IMG/VR virus record: IMGVR_UViG_3300045988_094451
Coordinates: 1-36,511 of that record
Length of the DNA stretch: 36,511 nucleotides
Reading direction: 5' to 3' (one strand)
From: a virus
The notes beneath the pieces are model-generated. The model saw only the letters and a program-made list of their open reading frames with translations. It did not search any database and was not told the DNA's origin. Made by a program: the position numbers and the translations under genes. Below are positions 20,729 through 28,700 of the stretch, in pieces (position 1 is the first letter of the stretch; every line of letters begins with the position of its first letter).

Positions 20729-21133
20729 ATGGAGAAGCAGGACACCCAGCGGTTGTTTAACCTGATTGAGACACTTTACCCCAGCTCCAAGCAGCAGCCC
20801 CGCACCCCCGCAGATCTGGAGGCGTGGACGCTGGTATTGGAACCGTGGGCTTATGAGGACGCGAAACAGGCGGTGATCCTCCGGGCGCGGGAAAACCGGT
20901 TCCCGCCGGACGCATCCGAACTGGTCCCTTACCTGCCCAAACCGGAAACCTCAAAGGCGAAGGAGGCCCCCATGCCGGAGCCGTCCGACGCCTATCTGGA
21001 AAAATTCTACGCCAAGGCAGGCGAACAGCACGAGCGCTGGCACGATGCCGGTATCCCTACCCCCTCAGAAGCGAAGAAACAGGGGATGACCTATGCCGCC
21101 TGGTGCGCTCTGGCAGATATGCGAGGTGTTTAA
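20729..21133 (+). CDS. G39P-like helicase-loader family protein (134 aa)
   Basis: LFNLIETLYPSS...LEAWTLVLEPWAYEDAKQAVILRARENRFPPDASELV matches the YP...W...L......A......FPP layout of SPP1 G39P-type loaders (from memory). Confidence 0.5.
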   Translation: MEKQDTQRLFNLIETLYPSSKQQPRTPADLEAWTLVLEPWAYEDAKQAVILRARENRFPPDASELVPYLPKPETSKAKEAPMPEPSDAYLEKFYAKAGEQHERWHDAGIPTPSEAKKQGMTYAAWCALADMRGV

Positions 21134-21429
21134 TGGCAAGTAATTTTCGGCTGGACGAGCTGATCCGCCGCTATCCCCCACGGGAGAAGAAGCAGAAGAA
21201 AGCCCCCAAGGGCAGCGCAGCAGCCGCATATCAGCAGCAGCTTTGTTGGGACTGCGCATCCGCCTGCGGCGGCTGCGAGTGGTCCGACCATCTGGAGCCG
21301 GTCCCCGGCTGGGACGCAACCCCCACAAGCCGGGTGCTGAAAGTGGGCGGAAAGGGCAAGGGCGGTACACGGGTAGCATCCTCGTTCGTGATCCACTACT
21401 GCCCAAAATTCAGGAGGGACACACGATGA
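21133..21429 (+). CDS. Hypothetical Cys-rich protein (98 aa)
   Basis: TAATG coupling. Contains CWDCASACGGCEWS...PVPGWDA. Confidence 0.6.
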   Translation: MASNFRLDELIRRYPPREKKQKKAPKGSAAAAYQQQLCWDCASACGGCEWSDHLEPVPGWDATPTSRVLKVGGKGKGGTRVASSFVIHYCPKFRRDTR

Positions 21430-21563
21430 TGCGGCTTGTGATCGACATTTACGACGGCGGGGACACGCAGGGCACCAAGGAGGCGGTGGCCATGCTGCTG
21501 GAGCCTCTGGGCCGTGTCCGGGTGGTGCAGATCATTGTTGACGGAAAGGAAGAAAAGCGATGA
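21426..21563 (+). CDS. Hypothetical small protein (45 aa)
   Basis: GGAGG lies 8 nt upstream. ATGA overlaps at both ends. Confidence 0.5.
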   Translation: MMRLVIDIYDGGDTQGTKEAVAMLLEPLGRVRVVQIIVDGKEEKR

Positions 21564-21967
21564 AGGTTACATTCACGGTCCCCGGTATTCCGGTGGGCAA
21601 GGGCCGTCCCCGGTTCACGAAGGACGGCCATGCACATACCCCGCAGAAAACGCAGGACTACGAGGACAAGGTGGTGCAGTGCTGGCAGTGCCAGAGCGGC
21701 AAGGGCTTTGCGGCGGGTATCCCACTGTCGGCCGCCGTCACGGCGTTCTTCACGGTACCCAAGAGCACGTCAAAGAAAAAGGCCGCTGCGATGGACGGAA
21801 CGCCACACATCAAGCGCCCTGACGCTGACAACGTGGCGAAGGCAATTCTGGACGCGCTGAACGGCCACGCCTACAACGATGACAGCGCAATCGCACTGCT
21901 GACGGTGCGGAAGTATCAGACAACCGGAGCCTCCCGCGTGGAGGTCACCATTGAGGAGGAAAAGTAA
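21560..21967 (+). CDS. rusA: RusA-family Holliday junction resolvase (135 aa)
   Basis: VPGIPVGKGRPRF, HTPQKTQDYE and KRPDADNVAKAILDALNGHAYNDDS are RusA hallmarks. Confidence 0.9.
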   Translation: MKVTFTVPGIPVGKGRPRFTKDGHAHTPQKTQDYEDKVVQCWQCQSGKGFAAGIPLSAAVTAFFTVPKSTSKKKAAAMDGTPHIKRPDADNVAKAILDALNGHAYNDDSAIALLTVRKYQTTGASRVEVTIEEEK

Positions 21968-22311
21968 TGGACGCTGTGGAGTATTTGAAAACATTGGACA
22001 GAATGTGCCACTGTGAGTGCCTCAAATGCGAGTTTAGGAAAGTACGTAGCGGGATTGAAACCTGCCCTGTCTGGCAAAGAACCCACCCGGAGGAGGCCGT
22101 TGCCATCGTCGAAAAGTGGGCCGCCGAGCACCCCGTCAAAACCAGGCAGAGCGAGTTCTTGAAGCATTACCCCGACGCACGAATTTTGGCACACGGGTGC
22201 CTCAATGTTTGCCCGATGAATGTGTTCTCAGATACAGGCATTAACTGCAATGCACAACCTTGCATTGAGTGCAAAAAGGCGTTCTGGCTCGCGGAGGTGG
22301 AGGACATATGA
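21967..22311 (+). CDS. Hypothetical Cys-rich protein (114 aa)
   Basis: TAATG coupling; several CxxC motifs. Confidence 0.6.
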   Translation: MDAVEYLKTLDRMCHCECLKCEFRKVRSGIETCPVWQRTHPEEAVAIVEKWAAEHPVKTRQSEFLKHYPDARILAHGCLNVCPMNVFSDTGINCNAQPCIECKKAFWLAEVEDI

Positions 22312-22781
22312 AACTATTGATCGGAGGAAGTCCCTGCACACATTGGAGCATCGCACAGACGAAGAACCGCGAGACAGAGGCCAGCGGCATCGGCTGGGAA
22401 CTGTTCTTGAATTACCGTATCGCACGGGATAAGTACCAGCCGGATTTTTTCCTGTACGAAAATAACAAAAGCATGGCACCGGCCATCAAGGCACAAATTA
22501 GCAAGGAGCTGGGCGTGGAACCCGTGCTTATCAATTCCGCGCTGGTAAGCGCACAAAACCGCCAGCGGCTCTACTGGGTGGGCAAACGAAACCCGGACGG
22601 CACATACAGCCAAGTGGCAGTGGAGCAGCCGGCGGATCGTGGGATCCTCCTGCGGGACATTTTGGAAAGCGGCGTCTGCTGGAGGGAAAAGGCGTATACA
22701 CATGGGAATGCAAAGACTGCAAAAAATTTAGCGGTGACATTAAGCGCCCGCCCCAGAACTGGTGCTATGTGGAGGCGATGA
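22308..22781 (+). pseudogene. Truncated DNA (cytosine-5) methyltransferase core (157 aa ORF)
   Basis: It retains motif IV GGSPCTHWS, motif VI FLYENN and motif VIII QNRQRLYW. It lacks the N-terminal motif I (SAM binding). After about REKAYT it also lacks the target-recognition domain and motifs IX-X. Confidence 0.6.
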
Positions 22782-22956
22782 AATAGTGGATTGCTTTAAT
22801 TATTCATGCCCTTTTCGAGAAAACACGTCAAGTAGTTGCAATAGGTGCGAGTGTGTAGCCTGTCAAAACAGAAGTGAGGCTGTGACATATATTGCAAGCA
22901 ACCGTACATTGACAGAGGCGGATATGAGAGCATTGGAGGCGAAGAAGGATGAATGA
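22762..22956 (+). CDS. Hypothetical Cys-rich protein (64 aa; start uncertain, GTG 22786 possible)
   Basis: It lies in a low-GC island. Contains CPFRENTSSSCNRCECVAC. Confidence 0.45.
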   Translation: MLCGGDEIVDCFNYSCPFRENTSSSCNRCECVACQNRSEAVTYIASNRTLTEADMRALEAKKDE

Positions 22957-23227
22957 CTTAAAACCGTGCCCGTTCTGCGGAGGCACAAAACTCAAGGTCG
23001 AACGAAAGTCTCGTCTTGCGGGGTGGAATGGGCTTGATATGCGAGTAGAAATGCACACCTACTCTGTCCGATGCAACACCTGCCACGCGCGTGGAGGCGC
23101 TACTGGTGGTCGCGTTATGAATGACCCGTGGACACGCTGCGCTCAGCTTCCCGACTGGGCTACGACGGACAAAACTCTGGAAGCAAAAGCAATCGAAGCA
23201 TGGAACAGGAGGGAGGAAAGAACATGA
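22949..23227 (+). CDS. Lar-family restriction alleviation protein (92 aa)
   Basis: Canonical MNDLKPCPFCGG...CNTCHARG...AIEAWNRR. Confidence 0.75.
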   Translation: MNDLKPCPFCGGTKLKVERKSRLAGWNGLDMRVEMHTYSVRCNTCHARGGATGGRVMNDPWTRCAQLPDWATTDKTLEAKAIEAWNRREERT

Positions 23228-23424
23228 CGAAGCGTTTTTGTGATCTTTGCGGAAAAGAAATATACAAGATTCAGGATACTTATAGGGTCAGCGTGGATAA
23301 CAACACAGACCTCAACTACGCAAGCGACCCGAACATAGTGGATGTGAGGGAAATATGCCCTGCCTGCGCGAAGCGTATCCACCAGACTGTGCAAGAGCTG
23401 AAACTGGATGGCTACAATGGCTGA
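23224..23424 (+). CDS. Zinc-ribbon protein (66 aa)
   Basis: ATGA coupling. Contains CDLCGK...CPACAK. Confidence 0.6.
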   Translation: MTKRFCDLCGKEIYKIQDTYRVSVDNNTDLNYASDPNIVDVREICPACAKRIHQTVQELKLDGYNG

Positions 23425-23770
23425 ATACATTGAGCGCACGGAAGAACTCATGCTTGCCATGAACGCCGGTGCGAGGGCAATCGAGAACACAAGGCGCTAT
23501 CACGGCACTGTTTACAGCAAAGATGTGTTCTCGGAGACACCACAGGAAATTCCGTACTTGCTGGCTGCCAAAGTGTTGCGGGAAGTAAGTGACGCCCCCA
23601 CCGTGGATGCCGTGGTCGTGACGCGGTGCAAAGACTGTAAGTACAGTTGCAAAGATGAAACCGGACGTACCTGTGAAGGCTATTGGTACGAATTGAGCGA
23701 GTTTGCTGTGTCAGTAGAGGACGATGACTTCTGCTCCTACGGCAAGCGAAAACCCAGTGCGGACGGCTAA
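23408..23770 (+). CDS. Hypothetical protein (120 aa; alternative start 23417)
   Basis: Contains VVVTRCKDCKYSC...FCSYGKRK, a motif recurrent in Clostridial phages. Confidence 0.6.
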   Translation: MATMAEYIERTEELMLAMNAGARAIENTRRYHGTVYSKDVFSETPQEIPYLLAAKVLREVSDAPTVDAVVVTRCKDCKYSCKDETGRTCEGYWYELSEFAVSVEDDDFCSYGKRKPSADG

Positions 23771-23806
23771 CCGCCAGCCGCCCAGCGCAACAAAAGGAGG
23801 TAAGCT

Positions 23807-24007
23807 ATGGAGGATCGGGACAAAAAACTGCTGAAAGCCTATGCAGCGCACAACATGAACGTGAGGGAGACCGGCGGCGCGGTTTACCTGCACTATAACT
23901 CCATCCGCTACCGCTTTCGGCTCATTCAGAGGGAAACCGGGCTGAACCCCCGGAATTTTTACGATCTGGAAAAGCTGTTAGCCATGATAGACGCGCAGGG
24001 GTCCTGA
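23807..24007 (+). CDS. PucR-C-terminal-type HTH protein (66 aa)
   Basis: AAAGGAGG RBS. VYLHYNSIRYRFRLIQRETGLNPRNFYD matches the LH.NTLRYRL..IE..TGLD pattern. Confidence 0.6.
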   Translation: MEDRDKKLLKAYAAHNMNVRETGGAVYLHYNSIRYRFRLIQRETGLNPRNFYDLEKLLAMIDAQGS

Positions 24008-24060
24008 CCCCCTGCATCGGTAGGTCAAAGGGGAGGGGCACTTCATAAAGGAGGCCCGAT

Positions 24061-24279
24061 ATGAAATACCGATACACCGTCCAGCAGCTCCAAAAAATGG
24101 AGCAGTGCCGCTACCTTACCGACCGGGAGCGGCGCGTGTTCAATCTGGTCTGCCGCCGTGGCTGGGCGATTGAGGATGCGGCGGCAGAGCTGTACCTATC
24201 CCGTTCCTCCGTAAACGCCTGTCTACACTCCATCCGGGATAAAGCAGGCATCTCCCGCCCAAACAAAAAACATCCATAA
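24061..24279 (+). CDS. Sigma-70 region-4/LuxR-like HTH protein, late-activator candidate (72 aa)
   Basis: AAAGGAGG RBS. LTDRERRVFNLVCRRGWAIEDAAAELYLSRSSVNACLHSIRDK. Last gene before a strong terminator. Confidence 0.55.
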   Translation: MKYRYTVQQLQKMEQCRYLTDRERRVFNLVCRRGWAIEDAAAELYLSRSSVNACLHSIRDKAGISRPNKKHP

Positions 24280-24285
24280 GCCATG

Positions 24286-24333
24286 ACAAGCGGTGCCCTG
24301 TGGTACGGTAACCATAGAGCACCGCTTGTTTTG
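24286..24333 (+). terminator. Rho-independent terminator ending the early/middle operon
   Basis: Perfect 11-bp stem ACAAGCGGTGC/GCACCGCTTGT around a structured loop, running into TTGTTTTG. Confidence 0.75.
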
Positions 24334-24379
24334 CGCGCGGAAACAGGGGGTGTATTTTTAGAGAAGGAGGAATCTCTCT

Positions 24380-24967
24380 ATGGCTGAATTTGCAAGCAAG
24401 GGCGTCGCAGGCACCGCTCTCGGCACCGGCATTGCCGGTCTGTCTTTGGGCGTCCTGAACTCTTTGGGCGGTCTCGGCGGGATGCTGCTGGGCAATCGCG
24501 TCATCCCCTTTGCCGCTGGTATGGCGGCGGAGGCCGGATGCAGCGAGAACCACACGGTCAACCGCTACGAGCTGTCCATGGTGCAGGAGAACGCCAAACT
24601 CCGCAGCGACATTGCCCTGCGGGATGCCAACACCTACCAGGACCAGAAGATGCTGGAGATGTACAAGTACATCGACGGCAAGCTGGGCGAGGTGCAGGGT
24701 GTGCTGGCTTCTCAGGCGGTCAACAATCAGGCCACCAAGGACAGTTTCCAGCTGTTGCAGGAGCGCGTGGACTGCTGCAAGAACGAACTGTGCGGGGCCA
24801 TTTCCCGGGAGCGGGACGAGCGGAAGTGCGCTGACAACACCATTGTCACCTACACCAACGCCACCTTTTATCCCAAAATGGTCGCGGACATCACCACCGG
24901 CACCGGCACCACGCCCCAGTCCACCTATAACCCCCTCCCCGTCTCCACCTGCGGCTGCGGCTGCTAA
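24380..24967 (+). CDS. Hypothetical protein with Gly-zipper N-terminus, coiled coil and CGCGC C-terminus (195 aa)
   Basis: GAAGGAGG RBS. N-terminus GVAGTALGTGIAGLSLGVLNSLGGLGGMLLG. The protein ends STCGCGC. Confidence 0.65.
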   Translation: MAEFASKGVAGTALGTGIAGLSLGVLNSLGGLGGMLLGNRVIPFAAGMAAEAGCSENHTVNRYELSMVQENAKLRSDIALRDANTYQDQKMLEMYKYIDGKLGEVQGVLASQAVNNQATKDSFQLLQERVDCCKNELCGAISRERDERKCADNTIVTYTNATFYPKMVADITTGTGTTPQSTYNPLPVSTCGCGC

Positions 24968-25028
24968 GAGGCGAAGAGGGAAGAAGAGAGGGGCATAGCG
25001 CCCCTCTCTCCCGTCATTGGAGGAATCT

Positions 25029-25367
25029 ATGGTAACATTGGAACAGATCAAGCAGGGCGCTGCCCGCTATGTGGATGAGGAATTTACCGGCAAGCTCACT
25101 GGCTGGCAGAAATGGGCGGTGGGTGCCGGGGCTGCTATGGCCCTGAGCAATCTGGACACCAGCCTTTCCACCCTCCGGGAGCACCCAGCAGTAAAGGTCC
25201 TCGGCGTCTTTGACGAGGCGGGAAACGTAGATATTGACAAGATCTACACCTGCCTGAAAACCGAAGCCGCCAAAGGTCCCGTCACCACCAATATCCCCCT
25301 GATCGGGAATGTCACGCTGAATGAAACGGATGTGGATAAGCTCTACACCCTTATCAAGCAGAGTTAG
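25029..25367 (+). CDS. Hypothetical protein (112 aa)
   Basis: GGAGG lies 5 nt upstream of ATG 25029. It is preceded by a perfect 10-bp hairpin at 24985-25009. Confidence 0.65.
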   Translation: MVTLEQIKQGAARYVDEEFTGKLTGWQKWAVGAGAAMALSNLDTSLSTLREHPAVKVLGVFDEAGNVDIDKIYTCLKTEAAKGPVTTNIPLIGNVTLNETDVDKLYTLIKQS

Positions 25368-25376
25368 GAGGCTCTT

Positions 25377-25679
25377 ATGCACGAGATCAGACACTTGGCC
25401 GAAGAGATCCGGGAGGAACTGGACGATGCCGAGAAGTACGCCCGCGAGGCTGTCAAGCACACCGAGGACAGCCCGGAGGACGCCAGCACCTACGCCGATC
25501 TCAGCCGTCAGGAGCTGGGCCACGCCAATAAGCTCCACGAAATGGCCCTCCGCCACATCGAAAAGGCGAAGGACGCCGGTCTCCATCCCACGGAGGCCAT
25601 GCAGGCCGTCTGGGACTGGGAGCATGAACGGATGATGGACCGCGCCGCCCATGTGAAAACGCTCCTGTCCATGATGTAG
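25377..25679 (+). CDS. Hypothetical helical acidic protein (100 aa)
   Basis: AGGAGG RBS. Predicted all-helical. Confidence 0.65.
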   Translation: MHEIRHLAEEIREELDDAEKYAREAVKHTEDSPEDASTYADLSRQELGHANKLHEMALRHIEKAKDAGLHPTEAMQAVWDWEHERMMDRAAHVKTLLSMM

Positions 25680-25689
25680 AAACCAAAAG

Positions 25690-25719
25690 AAACACCCCCG
25701 CCGTTTGGCGAGGGTGTTT
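25690..25719. terminator. Bidirectional terminator between convergent units
   Basis: AAACACCC..CGCC-GTTT-GGCG..GGGTGTTT, with T-rich runs on both strands. It lies directly after the stop of the 1783-aa gene. Confidence 0.7.
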
Positions 25720-25721
25720 TC

Positions 25722-28700
25722 TCATTTGTAGGGGTTCTTGGCGTTGGTGGTGCAGATAATGTCCCACAGGTCCGCCCGGTTTTCCTGCCCGGCAAGGGCG
25801 GCGCTGGCTTCCGCCTTGCTGACCCTGCCGTTTCCGTCCGCGTCGGCCCTGTCCTTCATGGAGAAATACTCCTTGGGGGAAAGTCCGGCATCATGCGCCT
25901 GCTTTACCTTCTCGTAGGCTTTCCCGCTCATTTTCTCGCTGCCGTACTGTTGGTACAGGGCCAGAAATTCCCCGGTGGACACGCCGATGTCCCGTTTGGA
26001 CGTTTTGGCGTTCTCAATCCACTTGGCGCTGGGCTCATACTTGGGGTCCACCTGCTGACGGGCCGTCTCACGCGCATATTTATACACGTTCTGGATGTAA
26101 TCCGCCTTTTCCGCATTGCTCATGGACTTGTAGGCAGGCAGCTTCACTGCCGCCTCCACCAGCTTCCTCCGCGTCTGGCCCATGGCCTTGGCGTACCGGG
26201 TGTATTCCTCGCCGGTCATGGTCCGGGTCTCGCCCTTCACCGTATAGGACTTCTCCGCCGCCGCCGGATAAACGGTGCTGTCTCCGGTGGCCTTCGCCAA
26301 CCGCCGGATCTCCTGCGTGGCGGGGCTGTTGTCCTGCGGCTTCAGGAAGCCGGGGGAGAGGAAGGACTGGAATACCCGCTCCGGCGCAGAGCCATTAGAG
26401 ACCTCGTTGCCCCACATATCCACCATGGGTTGAAGCTGATTCCGTGCGCCGGGGACCTTCTTCGCCGCCCCCTGCAAGAAATAATTCACGTCAGAGGCTA
26501 CCTGCCCGGAACCCTTCTCCACATAGCTTTTGCGCACCGTATCATCAAATACGGACGCAACCTTGCTTCCGATGGTGGGGATATACTGTCCGGCGTAGCT
26601 GCTGGCCGCCCGGTCAATGAGGTACATAGGCTTGCTCTTGGCATAGCTGATATTGGAAACCAAATCATTCAGGGAGGACAGCATGGAGGTTTCCAGCACA
26701 ACGTCCTGCATCCCCAGCAGAGAATCCACCAGTGCATCAAAGGTGCCGCCGCCCTTCCGAACGGATTCCATGATGGCAGCGCCCGCAAACAGAGGCATTG
26801 CCGCAGGAACCGCCCAGTCCAGCGTGTAGGACTTGTCCCCGATCTGAATAGCATAATCCTGCCCGCCCATGGACTTCTCAAAGGCTTCCTCCTTGTCATC
26901 GTCACCGGCCCGGACGTGGAGCAGTCCCTCCGCCGCCAGATAAGCGCCCAGCGCCAGAATACCGGTACCGGTAAGACCGGATGCAATGGAATCCACGGCA
27001 TCCGCCGCCGTGCATTTCCCGGACTTCACGTCAAACATGGCTTCTTTGATGCCTTTGCCCAGTCCGATGGGGCTGTAATCAAGGCCCGTGGTCAGGATGT
27101 TGGCCGGGGTCTTGCGGAAGGGGATAAAGGCGTCTGCCGCGAAGGATGCGGCCCTCAATACCTGGTTGTCCCCCTGATACCGGCCCATCTTGGACAGCGC
27201 CTCGGAAAGCGCTGTGGTGTTGCGGTAAGTGGCCCGCTGTGCTTCCTCAATGGCGTAGGCCCGCGCCGCCTCCACGTCTGCGGCTCTGGTGCCCGCGTGG
27301 GCCTCTGCCGCCGTCACGCCCTTGGCTTGCAGCGCCTGGGCGAAGCTGTCCACATAGGCGTTCCGGTTGAAGATCACATCCTCATAGTCAAGGGCGCGGC
27401 TGTTCAGGTCTCCGATGCTCTGCACGGCACGGGAGAGAACGTCCTCCCCCTTGAACATTTTCCGCTTGCTCTGGATCTCACGCTCAATGCCTGCTGCCGT
27501 TGCGTCAGAATACTTCCCGCTGCCCATAGCCGCGTTCTGGTCCGTCTCATACTGGCCCTTGGCAAAGGCTTTCAAATCCTTGTCAACATTCACGGCCTTT
27601 GTCCGCTGAGAGGGGTCCTTGATGACCGCCCGCTCGATTGCGGTCCCGATGCCGTCCTTGATTTTCCGTGCGCCGAACTGAATGGCATTGCCCATGATGT
27701 TGCGGATGTGGGTGGTGGGGTTTGTCAACATCATAGTGTACCGCCAGAAATTGGCCTTCTCCCGGAACGTGCTGGGGATCTGGTCTGCAATGGAGGTGGT
27801 GATAGCGTCCCACGCCGCCGCCCGCTCCGCGTCCGTCTCTGCCATCAGGTAGTTGGTTGCCAGCTCGTCAGAGAGGGTAAAGCCCGTCACCTTGTCGATG
27901 TAGTCCACCCGTGCGCCTTCCACGTCTCCGCTGTTGGCGGCGCTCTGCCGGGGTGCCCGGTTCTGCCGCGCCGCCCGGTCATTCATTCGGTCTACCAGCC
28001 GCCGCAGCGTCAGCAGACGGCCCTCCGGCGTCAGACGGTTCATCAGGTTCATGGCCTGCACCATCTGTGCGCTATCATGGGCCGCGTCCGCAATGGCCGT
28101 TGCCAGCTCAAAGGCGGCCTTGTGGTCTCCTTCGGAAATGGCAAGGTTGTAGGCGCTGATGGCCTCGGCGGTGTCCGCCTTGGTGATCCGCTGCCCCAGC
28201 TCCGCCTTGGCAATGAAGCTGTTTGCCACCTCGCGCCAGCCGTCCCGCGCGATCTTGGCCTGCGCCTGCTGCACGGCGCTCCGGTCCGTCACTACGTCAT
28301 AATCGAACGCACCGCCTGCAATGGCGTTTTCATACACGGTCGCCATTTCCGGGGAGGTCAGGGGGCTGTTCAGAATGGTGGAGACCGTTTTCTCCACATT
28401 CCGCCCGGTGTCAGGGTTTACAACGGGGACCTCAGAGGGTGCCCGCCGCTGGTTTGCCTGGATGCGCTGGGCGCTGTTGGGATTCACCGGGTAAAACTCA
28501 TCACTCTTGGCCTGCATGGTATCAAAGGGCGTGTTCACCGCACCCGCCACAGCGTCACCCGGCGTATCGAAAGCATCCACATCCTCTAAGCCGCGGCCCT
28601 GCGCCTGCTCGCCCGCGCCCAAAATGCTCTGCTTGGCGGTGAGATACCCGCTGTTGGGTCCCACTTGTTCGCCGGTCATGGTGGTGTAGCCGTTAGAGAG

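Noticed and set aside
22690-22785. Alternative frame reading ...TWECKDCKKFSGDIKRPPQNWCYVEAMK* at the 3' end of the methyltransferase remnant
   Set aside because: It looks like the tail of a zinc-ribbon protein, but I could find no start codon or RBS in that frame. It may be another recombination scar, and it is not reportable as a gene.
24140-25652. Minus-strand ORFs 24140-25051 (303 aa) and 25014-25652 (212 aa)
   Set aside because: The first spans a terminator and part of the sigma-like gene. Both are Gly/Leu/Val/Arg shadow frames. The plus-strand genes have strong GGAGG RBSs.
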